A DNA stretch of 57,938 nucleotides from Candidatus Njordarchaeota archaeon. GTDB lineage: Archaea; Asgardarchaeota; Njordarchaeia; Njordarchaeales; Panguiarchaeaceae. The DNA lies in contig JAHKKZ010000002.1 in assembly GCA_029856685.1 (NCBI GenBank), forward strand, positions 1-57,938, given 5' to 3'. The first letter of the stretch is position 1. Every line of letters starts with the position of its first letter. The notes under the pieces are model-generated. The model saw only the letters and a list, made by a program, of their open reading frames with translations, was not told where the DNA came from and ran no database searches. This document shows, in pieces, positions 1 through 9,029 of this stretch. Position numbers and translations under genes: made by a program.

Positions 1-1
1 C

Positions 2-199
2 TACGTATGCGGTGGGTGGCTCCCAGATCCTTGGGGCACGATTGTCAGTGCTCTGATAAAGATTGTGTTCTTCGTAGTCGGTATGCTCATTGCATGTGGG
101 TCTGGAGGGCTTGGGGCTGTGATGTACGTTGTGGGCAGTGTGATCGGGCAGATAGTTCTGATGAGGATCCTCAGAATAGTGTTCCCTATGACCGCTTAA
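2..199 (+). CDS. 3' end of a gene entering from upstream of the window; hydrophobic, TM-helix-like C-terminal fragment
   Basis: Frame 2 is open from the window edge to TAA at 197-199. It reads ...GTIVSALIKIVFFVVGMLIACGSGGLGAVMYVVGSVIGQIVLMRILRIVFPMTA*, which looks like two membrane helices. The competing frame-1 reading (7-234 of the 590-aa track ORF) is Cys/Trp/Arg-rich and looks non-coding. Confidence 0.35.
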   Translation, partial: YVCGGWLPDPWGTIVSALIKIVFFVVGMLIACGSGGLGAVMYVVGSVIGQIVLMRILRIVFPMTA

Positions 200-234
200 A
201 TCCCCCATTTCTACTTTTTCTATGGGTGCTGTGG

Positions 235-1779
235 ATGCGGAACATCGTTGTGGTTCCCTGCGACTGGGCCAAGGCGACATACCCAATATACTTCGTGGAC
301 GTGGAATCAGGGGAAACACTGCACATCGTGAGGATAAAGAAGAAGCCCTGGGCAAACATAAAACAACCACACATAACAAATAGCCCCGACGACTACCACA
401 TATCACCAGACGAGAAGAGACTGCTAATGCGTGCAGGATCAGCAGCGCTCATATTGGATCTGGATAGCTTCGAGGAGGTCTACGAGCCATATATGCAGAG
501 CTGGTGGTTCTTCCGCAGACCAAACCTAATGGGGAAGTTTGAGAGGCTCGGCGGAGCCCTCAGCCTGCTAAATAGGGAGGTTCTGGAGAGAGAGGTCGGG
601 TTTCTCCCCTGGGAGGCCATGCTCGGCGGAGGGGACGGCGGCTTCCCAGATAACAGCCACGTGACCATATCCACCGACAAGGAGGTAAGGACATATGATT
701 TGAGGACTGGCGAACTCATCGCTACAGAGACTAACCCGTATTTCCTCAAAAGTGTATTTGAGTCCGCTCTGGGAATATATGAGGGGATCGCCCCCCTCGG
801 TGTCAGCAGTGTTAAGCTTCCTCCAGCACCCTTCACGATCGCAGCGTCTCTTCTCTCCAAATATAAGGCCTGGGGCTGGCTCCATGCTCCGTCTCTGGAT
901 TCTGAGATGAGTGCTCATCCATATCCTAGTGATCCCGGCTGTGTTGTCTGTGGTTTGCTTCGTGTTTCTTCTCATGATTGGTTTGTTCTTCCCTACGACT
1001 TTCTGCGCGGTGAGGTTCCCGGTTGGCATGGTTTTGACTGTGATGGCTGGCCCATTCCCATGTATGGGCTTGGCCGAAGGATTGCTGAGGAGTACAGGGG
1101 TTTCGTTGAGGATTGTGTTGGTGGGCGTGTCGTTGAGCTCAATGTTATGCCGTCTTTTAGTTTTGGTGTTGATCCCGATGGGCGTTTTGTTGTTTTAGCG
1201 TTTGATGTTGATGGCACATATGGTGCTGAGCGTGATGTTTTCTTCTCTTTCTTTGTTGTTTGGGTTGATCTTCGTAGTGGCCGTGTTCTCCATGTGTTCT
1301 TTCAGGATCCTAGGCATCCGTGTCACGGTGCTCCTCTCAGCATAAAGGTTTTTAGGGGTGGTGTGACTGTTGTTTATCTTGCTGGTGATCAATTCGCTGT
1401 TTTTGATTACTCATTCCGCCCTATCTATTTTTTGTGCGATGAGGACGAAAATACTGTTCAAGAGCGTTTTGGGAGGGTTTCTGGTGTTACTGGGTATTTC
1501 TATGAGGAGCCTGCTGTGGCCCCTGATCTTCGCGGTTTTGTTGTTCCTTTCTTCCGGACTACCTGGGAGTTTAAGGAGGCGGGTATTTTTAAGCATGGCC
1601 TCCCAGGGGAGTTTTTTGATGATTCTCGCTACTATGCTCTCTCTGAGCGTGCTCGTCGTGAGTTTAGGACTCTGTACCTGGCTTTCTTCGACTGGGATCT
1701 GGAAGTCATGGATGTTGTGAGGATTTATGATGAGGAGGAGAGGTATCTTCGTATTGGTGGGAGTGTTTTTTGGTTCTGA
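235..1779 (+). CDS. hypothetical protein (about 514 aa), no recognisable motif; compositionally foreign
   Basis: Long uninterrupted ORF (track ORF 7..1779). The first in-frame ATG after the upstream stop is at 235. G+C is much higher than the window core. The product is rich in aromatic, Asp and Gly residues, possibly a beta-rich fold. I recognise no catalytic motif. Confidence 0.6.
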   Translation: MRNIVVVPCDWAKATYPIYFVDVESGETLHIVRIKKKPWANIKQPHITNSPDDYHISPDEKRLLMRAGSAALILDLDSFEEVYEPYMQSWWFFRRPNLMGKFERLGGALSLLNREVLEREVGFLPWEAMLGGGDGGFPDNSHVTISTDKEVRTYDLRTGELIATETNPYFLKSVFESALGIYEGIAPLGVSSVKLPPAPFTIAASLLSKYKAWGWLHAPSLDSEMSAHPYPSDPGCVVCGLLRVSSHDWFVLPYDFLRGEVPGWHGFDCDGWPIPMYGLGRRIAEEYRGFVEDCVGGRVVELNVMPSFSFGVDPDGRFVVLAFDVDGTYGAERDVFFSFFVVWVDLRSGRVLHVFFQDPRHPCHGAPLSIKVFRGGVTVVYLAGDQFAVFDYSFRPIYFLCDEDENTVQERFGRVSGVTGYFYEEPAVAPDLRGFVVPFFRTTWEFKEAGIFKHGLPGEFFDDSRYYALSERARREFRTLYLAFFDWDLEVMDVVRIYDEEERYLRIGGSVFWF

Positions 1780-1819
1780 TTTTTCATGCTGGGATTGCTC
1801 TGGGGGATTCATCGCGAGG

Positions 1820-1984
1820 ATGTGTAGCTGGGAGAGGGCTGCTGTGGTGCTTAGGGATAAGCCTAGGTTTGTTACGGTTGAGCATTTTAGGAGGGCTGTT
1901 AGGATGCTTAGGAAGATGAAGAAGGCTGTTGCTGGTCCCGAAGAGGAGTGGAAGAAGTATCAGATTCCGACGGAGTTTGCTTAG
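1820..1984 (+). CDS. small basic hypothetical protein (54 aa)
   Basis: Internal ATG of track ORF 1727..1984, preceded by a GAGG. The product is MCSWERAAVVLRDKPRFVTVEHFRRAVRMLRKMKKAVAGPEEEWKKYQIPTEFA. It uses the same G/T-rich codon dialect as the 3' half of the preceding ORF. Confidence 0.35.
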   Translation: MCSWERAAVVLRDKPRFVTVEHFRRAVRMLRKMKKAVAGPEEEWKKYQIPTEFA

Positions 1985-1985
1985 G

Positions 1986-1999
1986 TTTTCTTTTTTCTT
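1986..1999 (+). terminator. oligo-T tract, possible archaeal intrinsic terminator
   Basis: tttt c tttttt c tt lies immediately after the TAG at 1982-1984. Confidence 0.25.
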
Positions 2000-2280
2000 G
2001 TTGTTGCTGAGTTCTGTGCGATCTGAAGGAGTTAGGTATCAAAAAATAAATAATTTGGTGATTTTACTTATTGGAGAATTTTTGCAAAAATGGAACGTGG
2101 CTTAGATGCTTTCTAGCTCAAAATGAGATAGTTTTTATCCATAAAAATTCTTAGGTTTCATGCAACCTAATGCTCAAGCCGAACCTCATTTGTTGGTTGT
2201 GTAAGAGGCTACAGGTAATTTAAACCACAACAGGCAAAGTGGGAATAGAAGTGTGGCTGAATCTTATATATAAACCTTCA

Positions 2281-2700
2281 TTAGGGTATAAGAATCGTCG
2301 TCTTTGTTCTTCTTAAACCTAGACGCTTCAAACGCTCAAATTCGCTGTAAAGTTTTTTTCCACGGTCTGTAATATAGAGTACTCGTCCCTCCTCAATTGC
2401 ATCAACTATTATTGGGTTCCCCCTACGAAGAAGTTCTAATGCCTCCTCTAGCGTATATGGGTGAGGTTCTATGGGCAATCTAATGTCTTTGAGAATACTA
2501 GAAACCCTGCTAATTCTGTCTAAATATTTTTCTTTAAACTCGGCGATTATAAGTAAATCATAATCACTCCATGGGCCCCAATCTCCTCTAGCTCGCGATC
2601 CAAAGAGTATCACGGCTTCTAGTTTATCCAGATTTTTTTTAAGGGATTCTACGATCCTACTCAGATTGCTGTTGCTCATACCTGATAACCCCTCTGACAA
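2281..2700 (-). CDS. minimal nucleotidyltransferase (MNT/MntA-type antitoxin) of a HEPN-MNT pair
   Basis: LFGSRARGDWGPWSDYDLLIIA matches the GS-x(n)-D-x-D Pol-beta-type nucleotidyltransferase signature. It is small (139 aa) and overlaps the upstream HEPN gene; an alternative start is Met8 at 2679. Confidence 0.8.
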   Translation of the reverse strand: MSEGLSGMSNSNLSRIVESLKKNLDKLEAVILFGSRARGDWGPWSDYDLLIIAEFKEKYLDRISRVSSILKDIRLPIEPHPYTLEEALELLRRGNPIIVDAIEEGRVLYITDRGKKLYSEFERLKRLGLRRTKTTILIP

Positions 2701-3088
2701 ACTCTATTATCTTCTCCGCGGCTCTTAGGGCTCTACAGGCTGTTGCTTTATCATAAGCCTCATGAGGTGTGACATTAGGATGCGCATTTGGATATCTTGC
2801 GGGAATATAGTGCCTGTCAAGCTCCCTAGCTGCCTCTAAAAGAGGTTCTGGAGGAGAAATATTCTCCCTTTCAAAATAGCGTTCAAGTAATATTCTTATA
2901 TTATGTCCCCAAGGTGCTTCATTTATATGGTAGAGTAAAGCCTTGGCGGCAAGCTCTGCTGCTTGATGCGCATAAAAGGCCGCCGCATTATATCGAGCCT
3001 CTCTATACAAAATTTTTGCAGTATCAAAAGCCCATAGGGCCTCTTTAAACCAACGTAAATATTCAGCTCTCAATGCTGAATACACCAA
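2657..3088 (-). CDS. HEPN domain protein (toxin partner of the adjacent MNT)
   Basis: 143 aa and predicted all-helical. The C-terminal ELDRHYIPARYPNAHP motif is typical of HEPN proteins paired with MNT genes. It overlaps the MNT gene in an operon. Confidence 0.75.
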   Translation of the reverse strand: MVYSALRAEYLRWFKEALWAFDTAKILYREARYNAAAFYAHQAAELAAKALLYHINEAPWGHNIRILLERYFERENISPPEPLLEAARELDRHYIPARYPNAHPNVTPHEAYDKATACRALRAAEKIIEFVRGVIRYEQQQSE

Positions 3089-3115
3089 AATTTCATTGCT
3101 TCCAATAGGATATTA

Positions 3116-3517
3116 AAAACATAACATAATGATTTTTACTACTATTGGGGTCCAATACTGGAATCTGTGTAGCTTCTCTTGGAACAAGGCTTCTGTCAAG
3201 CCTCCTTGAGTAGTGCCTAAAGACTCCCAGAGCGGATCTAGGAGCCCTAGCGTCGTTTGGCTTATAGTGCTCAGGCTGAGCGGTGGTTCTGCTTGGATTA
3301 TTTTCCTATAGATTGCTTCGAGAATTGCTTGATAGAGGCCTCTTTCGGGCTGTATTACTGCTGTGAGAATCAGTGCTTTAGCTAGTATTACTCTGCTGTG
3401 CTTCTTGACGTATTTTTCTGCTTGGTGCTTTTGGACTGCGACTTGATGATTTCGTCTGGCTCTATTTTCTCTAAGAGTTTTCTTTGGTCTAAGCTTTTGT
3501 TTCTCTGGCTGAACTTT
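3116..3517 (-). pseudogene. start-less open frame (134 codons), probable 5'-truncated gene remnant
   Basis: On the minus strand there are no stops between TGA (plus-strand tca at 3518-3520) and TAA (plus-strand tta at 3113-3115). There is no ATG/GTG/TTG except near the 3' end, so it is absent from the ORF track. It reads ...EKYVKKHSRVILAKALILTAVIQPERGLYQAILEAIYRKIIQAEPPLSLSTISQTTLGLLDPLWESL... The G+C content is atypical for the core. Confidence 0.3.
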
Positions 3518-3941
3518 TCATTTGGCTTTCTTCTTTTCTTTTAGGCGGCGATCATCTTGGTTTCCTAGTGATTATCATTATGATATGTCGCATCCAGCTC
3601 TTATTGGCCATCGCCCTCAATTTGATATTCTACCAGCAACTTGTCTATTATTTTTATATCATCCTTTATAACCGAATGGTGGTGAGAGAACATCCAAACG
3701 AAACCAACATCAAACAATTTTTGGACATATTCCGAAAAACTGCACAGGATGCTTTATATGCTTGAGAACCAAAATGGGATGAGTCCCATCTCTGCTTGTT
3801 GTTGCCCTTTTTGTTCCTTTTTTCTAATGCGGAGACCCGTTTTATCATTTCTTCTGCCCAACATTATTGATTGGAAGTCATAAAAGCAGGCTACGTAGCT
3901 TGCTTGCGACAGTGCGTTATGAAAATGCAGTTTACCACGAA

Positions 3942-4379
3942 CTACTTTTTTCGAGTGGACAATATTCTTAGTGGTATCGGTGCTGTTATTCCGAGACTTA
4001 GAATCATGAATAATAGGTTGTATTCGATAGTGTCAAAAAGCTCTAGCAGCTCTTCATACCCCATAGCATACATGACTATCGATCCTGCGAATATCAATAT
4101 AGCCCCAAATGTCAATGCTCCTAGAGCTAAGATCACGCCCACATAGAAGTACTCATACGGGTTCTTCTTCAGAAAGATAATAATGGCAATCCACATAATA
4201 TAAAGAGCAACACCCACTAACAACATGGTTGCGATTCCCATCGTCCTTATCCACGCTAATGCTGCCTCGATACTCGTCTGAGAACCAATAAATGGATAGT
4301 ATAGGAGGGGCAATCCCAGTAAGAGGCTTGAGATAAGAAAAAGGGAGGAAGTAATAATGTCAAGGAGTTTATTGCTCAA
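3942..4379 (-). CDS. hypothetical integral membrane protein (about 4 TM helices)
   Basis: The 145-aa ORF has several 20-residue hydrophobic stretches (LFLISSLLLGLPLLYY, MGIATMLLVGVALYIMWIAIIIF, VGVILALGALTFGAILIFAGSIV). The overlapping plus-strand ORF looks like a shadow. Confidence 0.5.
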   Translation of the reverse strand: MSNKLLDIITSSLFLISSLLLGLPLLYYPFIGSQTSIEAALAWIRTMGIATMLLVGVALYIMWIAIIIFLKKNPYEYFYVGVILALGALTFGAILIFAGSIVMYAMGYEELLELFDTIEYNLLFMILSLGITAPIPLRILSTRKK

Positions 4380-4741
4380 TGAGATTACCTCTCAACAAAA
4401 CTACTATGTGATGCAAATCAAAGGAAAAGAAGTTTTAACATTAAACATATAGCACAAAAGCAGAAAAAACTAAAACGGGAAAAAGGAGAAGAAAAGCTGA
4501 ATTAGCGTAGCTGATTTTTCAAGTCCCTACTAGGGGGATTAGAAATTAAAGGTATACTATTCTTATAGCCTGGAAATAGTAGCCAAGGCCTGTTTGTCTT
4601 TGGAATGGATTTCTCGATGTATTCCATGAGACCTGTATTGCTTTGATAATAGATTTTTCATAGACCACCAAAAATCATATTGAAATTGAAGCTTCACAAT
4701 GTTTTTTCAAAATTTTGTTTGTTTTCATATTGGTGATCTAG

Positions 4742-5236
4742 ATGGTTGAGCTGAAATTTGAGGTTGTGGATATAAAGCTTCCAGAGGGGGTCTCCATAAT
4801 TGTAGGTCAGAGCCATTTCATGAAGACGGTTATTGATTTATATGAAGCCTTAGTAACAGCGCATCCAGACCTCAAATTTGGTGTTGCATTTAATGAGTCA
4901 TCGAGTGAGAGGAGGATTTTCTATGAAGGAAACGATGACGAATTACAGAATCTAGCGGTTGAAATAGCAAAGAAGATAGCTGCTGGTCATATCTTTGTCA
5001 TCGTTATAAAGAATGGCTGGCCGATAAATGTTCTCAATAGAGTGAAGATGGTCCAGGAGGTAGCAACAATATTCTGTGCTACTTCGAATCAGCCTCTCCA
5101 GATAATAGTAGCAGAAACCAACATTGGAAGAGCAGTTATAGGGGTTATCGATGGGTATCCACCAAAAAGAGTTGAGACAAAAGAGGATAAGGAATGGAGA
5201 ATGGAGTTTCTAAGAAAAATAGGTTATAAGAAGTAG
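4742..5236 (+). CDS. PAE2307-like 'adenosine-specific kinase' family protein (PF04008-type)
   Basis: 164 aa. My recollection of this archaeal family matches the overall pattern (VGQSHFMKT..., FNESS..., [22 protein letters not shown]). GGTGAT lies 5 nt upstream of the ATG. Confidence 0.5.
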   Translation: MVELKFEVVDIKLPEGVSIIVGQSHFMKTVIDLYEALVTAHPDLKFGVAFNESSSERRIFYEGNDDELQNLAVEIAKKIAAGHIFVIVIKNGWPINVLNRVKMVQEVATIFCATSNQPLQIIVAETNIGRAVIGVIDGYPPKRVETKEDKEWRMEFLRKIGYKK

Positions 5237-6172
5237 CTATGCCACGATAGGCACTTCTACACCGCAGATGGGACATCGGCCTTTTTTTATGTAGACTTTT
5301 TTAACTTTCCATCCAAATCGGCTGATAAGAAGGTGCCCATTTGGGCAGAATGTATCACTATAAGGGCTTATCCATAGATCCGCGTATACGTAGTTAAGAT
5401 ATTTTCTTGCGATGTTATAATAGTGAAGGAGAACTTCCGTTCTAGTTGGTCTTCTTTCCAATTCGACAAAATTAGGTCTGAAACGCCTTACATGCAAAGG
5501 AATATCGCGGTTTACCTCTCTGAGAAACTCTAGGAAATACAGAAATTCTCTCTCCTTGGTTATACCTGGAATAACATAGAATTCAACTTCAAGAAATTTG
5601 TTGTTATTCTTCGCGACGTCAATAAACTCACGGGCGTATCGATAAGCGTCTGGGAAAGGAGTTATTCGGGAATAGGTCTCCTCAGAAAAGCCGAATATCC
5701 GAAGAAGAATCGCATCAACAATCTTAATGTAATCTATCATATGACTACTAGAAATAAAGCCATTTGTCAGAGTAACTATTTTGTAATAGCCAAATTTTTC
5801 TCTGATGGACTTCATCAAATCGATATCCAATATACTATTGCAATAGAAAGCAATCATGTGACAGCCCATCCGCTCAGCGAGATTGAGAATTCTAGAAAGT
5901 AGAGTATTCAGACTCTTTTTTTCTCTGCTAAATGAGAAAACAGTATCATGTTCAGGGCAGAATGAACACAATAGATTACATCCAGAAGTAACAACGAGGA
6001 TCGCCGAGGATCCTGGGTAGTAATGGTAGAATCCAATCTTCTCAATAGATATATGAGTAATCTTGTAATTCCGATAGGTACGTATTGGGCTGTCCGCCAA
6101 ACTGAAACCCATACAAATACTAATATCGGTACAAGCTATTGGACATAACTCACATTTTTTCTTGCGCATCAT
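5237..6172 (-). CDS. radical SAM enzyme, PflA-like / AmmeMemoRadiSam-type
   Basis: CNLLCSFC is a CxxxCxxC cluster motif. It is preceded by IEKIGFYHYYPGSS, resembling the EKKPLxHFxPGS segment of that subfamily. An N-terminal CELCPIAC and a C-terminal CPNGH...CPICG are also present. Confidence 0.65.
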   Translation of the reverse strand: MMRKKKCELCPIACTDISICMGFSLADSPIRTYRNYKITHISIEKIGFYHYYPGSSAILVVTSGCNLLCSFCPEHDTVFSFSREKKSLNTLLSRILNLAERMGCHMIAFYCNSILDIDLMKSIREKFGYYKIVTLTNGFISSSHMIDYIKIVDAILLRIFGFSEETYSRITPFPDAYRYAREFIDVAKNNNKFLEVEFYVIPGITKEREFLYFLEFLREVNRDIPLHVRRFRPNFVELERRPTRTEVLLHYYNIARKYLNYVYADLWISPYSDTFCPNGHLLISRFGWKVKKVYIKKGRCPICGVEVPIVA

Positions 6173-6268
6173 TTATTGTCTTCACCAATATGTATAGCTA
6201 ATTTATTAAGCATATCCATTTTCCTTATTATTTGTTTTTAGAAGGGAATAGAGTTAGGTGAACCCCTA

Positions 6269-8049
6269 ATGCTATTTAAGGAATTCTGTGAATACCTCAA
6301 AGGATTAGAAGTGACAAGCGAACGCCTAAGAATGATATCGATACTCGCAAAACTCTTCAAAGAACTATCACCAGAAGAACTGCAGAAAGCAACATATCTA
6401 CTACTAGGTGAGCTTTGGCCAGACTGGACAGGCTATCCCGAGCTAGGTGTTGCAGAAAAAATGTGTCTCGAGGCACTCAGCCGAGCTAGCGGAATACCCA
6501 AAAGTGAGCTTGAGAAAATGTTTAAACGTCTTGGAGACATTGGTAGGGTTGCTGAACTAGCAATGCAGAAAAAGAGATTAGCAGCTTTAGTTGCTCAACA
6601 ACTAACAATAACGGATGTCTATGACTCCCTAGCTAAAGCAGCTAGAGCAACCGGGCCTGGATCACAAGATCTTAAAATTAGGATTCTCACTGGTCTATTC
6701 CTATCTGCCTCGCCTATAGAAGCTAAATACATAGCTAGAATTGTTCTCGGAACCATGCGGCTTGGAATCCAAGAGATGACGATTCTTGATGGTCTGGCTC
6801 AAGCATTCTTTGGAACTAAGGAGAAGAGACCCATAATAGAATCAGCATTCAATAAGTATCCCGACATAGGTTTCATAGCGAGAATAACCGCAGAGAAAGG
6901 TGAGGATGGCTTAAAGCAAATTAGAGCGAAACCTGGTGTGCCTATAAGACCAATGTTGGCCGAACGTTTAAGTAGTCCTAGTGAGATTCTGATGAAGATT
7001 GGGGGTGAAGGAATAGCTGAATATAAGTATGATGGCGAAAGAGCGCAGATTCATAAAACCGAGAACGAAAAAATAATAATTTACTCACGTAGATTGGAAA
7101 ACATAACCAATCAGTATCCTGACGTTGTGAAGGCGATAAAAGAAGCTGTTCAAGGAGAGACATTCATTGTTGAAGGCGAAATTGTGTGTGTCGATCCCGA
7201 TACAGGCGAACTGAGACCTTTCCAAGAACTAATGCATAGAAAGAGAAAATATGATATTGCTCGCGCCATGCAAGAATATCCAGTAAAAGTATTCCTTTTC
7301 GACTGCCTATACCTAAATGGTGAGGAGCTCTTAGAGAAACCATATCCAAAAAGAAGAGAGATCTTGGAGAGTATCGTCAAAACAACAGATATAGTCGAAT
7401 TGGCAAAAGCTAAGTTTGTAAAAAACTCAGACGAGCTGGAGGAGTTCATGTTAAAAGCTGTGGAGGATGGATGCGAGGGCGTAGTAGTTAAATCGCTTTC
7501 AAACGATGCCATCTACGAAGCTGGAGCACGAGGATGGAAATGGATAAAGTATAAGCGAGACTATAAGTCGGAGATGATGGATACTGTAGATCTAGTAGTT
7601 GTGGGAGCATTTCACGGACGCGGAAGAAGATCAGGCACTTACGGTGCGTTACTTGTTGCCACCTATAATCCTCAGAGGGATATGTTTGAGTCTGTTTGTA
7701 AGTTGGGAGTGGTTTTACTGACACACAACTAGCAGAGTTACCCAATTTTCTCGGCCCATATATTGTTAAGGAGAAGCCCCACAATGTCGATGTGGCTGAG
7801 GGCATGGAGCCCGATGTGTGGGTCTATCCGAAGTTGGTGATGGAAGTTTTGGGCGCAGAGATAACTTTGTCTCCAATACATACATGTGGCAAGGATATTG
7901 TCTACGAGAAATTTAAGAAGAAAGCAGGTCTCGCGATAAGATTTCCGAGATTTATAAATTGGCGGCCAGACAAAGGGCCCATGGATGCTACGACGTCACA
8001 AGAAATATTTGAGATGTATCTCAAGCAACTTAGGAAAGTTCAAGCATGA
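6269..8049 (+). pseudogene. lig: ATP-dependent DNA ligase, one gene split into two frames by a 1-nt frameshift at the GGG run 7705-7707
   Basis: The adenylation motif EYKYDGERAQIH (KxDG) lies in ORF 6269..7732. The conserved C-terminal OB-fold end (GLAIRFPRFINWRPDKGP) lies in ORF 7792..8049. Reading frame +2 from 7705 gives GSGFTDTQLAELPNFLGPYIVKEKPHNVDVAEGMEPDVWVYPK, continuing directly from ...FESVCKL. The combined length is about 593 aa, as expected for archaeal ligases. Confidence 0.85.
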
Positions 8050-8137
8050 ATTATTCTCCGAAATTTTTCTTTGTTTATAATTGATAGTAGCCGATAGCAT
8101 ACTCAATCATAATAGTATTATATTAAGTTAGCTATCT

Positions 8138-8512
8138 ATGGTGAGCTCCATGGGCGCATTCATAATTGATGTCTCTAAAATAAAGCTACAGAAAGTCGAG
8201 ATGGAAGGTGCTGAGAAGGCGTATATGGCCTGGCTCATAAGCGATGATAATGCACCCGTATCATTTGCGATGAGAATATTTAAGGTGGAACCTGGTGGAC
8301 GTATCCCGCTTCACACACATTGGTATTATCATGAGATATTCTGCATAGGTGGTGAGGGAAAGGTCACTGTTGGTGGCGAAGAGTTTATTCTAAAGAAAAA
8401 CATGGCTGCTTTTGTACCTCCGAATGTACCACATTCCTACGAGAATACGGGGAATGAGAACTGGGTCTTCATATGTATGATCCCTCTCAAAAAAGAAGTA
8501 GAAAAGCTATGA
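8138..8512 (+). CDS. cupin domain protein
   Basis: Cupin motif 1 is GGRIPLHTHWYYHE and motif 2 is FVPPNVPHSYEN. The protein is 124 aa. Confidence 0.75.
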   Translation: MVSSMGAFIIDVSKIKLQKVEMEGAEKAYMAWLISDDNAPVSFAMRIFKVEPGGRIPLHTHWYYHEIFCIGGEGKVTVGGEEFILKKNMAAFVPPNVPHSYENTGNENWVFICMIPLKKEVEKL

Positions 8513-9019
8513 GTGGCTAACTGGACGCAGGTTTCTCCAAAGTATTCCTCGTATTTTATATTTCTTTGCCATCTCAATAACGTCCTCATTATCGTCGTGA
8601 ATCTCAACGACGGTATCCTCCAACATGAGTAGACGGAGTATAGACTCCTTAAAGGCAACAGCTTTGATACGTGTTCTTTCGGGGCGTAAGAAAACCGAAT
8701 CTATTTTAATATATAGATTGAGTTCTTTTGCTCTCCTTTTGATAAGTTCTAGCTGATATAGACCTATCCTCCTAATGGTTCCCGAGACTATTGCTATTCT
8801 GTACTTCTGCGATTTTTCAGACAGCAATCTAAGTCCATAGTCATTCACTTTGTCCATTCTCCTAGCGAGGTTTAGGCTCATAAAAATCTTCCAAAATTTT
8901 CCACGTTTATATCCATGGAGCTCCTCAATGCTTTTTGCGTTGACGGCTCTTAACGCATAATTAAGTCTCTCTGAATTATCTATGAGTACTCCTTCGAGGT
9001 CAAATACAACTATAGGCAT
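8507..9019 (-). CDS. HAD-superfamily hydrolase-like protein
   Basis: N-terminal MPIVVFDLEGVLID is a variant (DLEGV) of HAD motif I. The C-terminal EIHDDNEDV resembles motif IV. The protein is 170 aa. Confidence 0.55.
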   Translation of the reverse strand: MPIVVFDLEGVLIDNSERLNYALRAVNAKSIEELHGYKRGKFWKIFMSLNLARRMDKVNDYGLRLLSEKSQKYRIAIVSGTIRRIGLYQLELIKRRAKELNLYIKIDSVFLRPERTRIKAVAFKESILRLLMLEDTVVEIHDDNEDVIEMAKKYKIRGILWRNLRPVSHS

Positions 9020-9029
9020 TAGATACTAC

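Noticed and set aside
7-234. N-terminal 76 codons of the 590-aa track ORF
   Set aside because: The translation is Cys/Trp/Arg-rich (HDCQCSDKDCVLRSRYAHCMWVWRAWGCDVRCGQCD). It overlaps a more protein-like hydrophobic frame ending at 199. The ATG at 235 is the more plausible start.
1724-1779. AUGAUGA ... CUGA pair with C/D-sRNA-like spacing
   Set aside because: It lies entirely inside the 3' end of the coding ORF, and the CUGA contains its stop codon. There are no internal D'/C' boxes.
186-1812. Nested or antisense ORFs inside the left-edge ORF (186..374, 480..860, 568..1029, 911..1198, 993..1217, 1195..1392, 1370..1720, 1411..1812)
   Set aside because: All lie within or antisense to the single long 235..1779 frame and have low-complexity or odd compositions. 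They are shadow ORFs favoured by the skewed base composition.
3568-4146. Short ORFs 3568..3765 (+), 3666..3848 (-), 3871..4146 (+)
   Set aside because: They mutually overlap, have no SD or promoter context, and give implausible sequences. The last is antisense to a convincing membrane-protein ORF. They are treated as part of a decayed or non-coding stretch.
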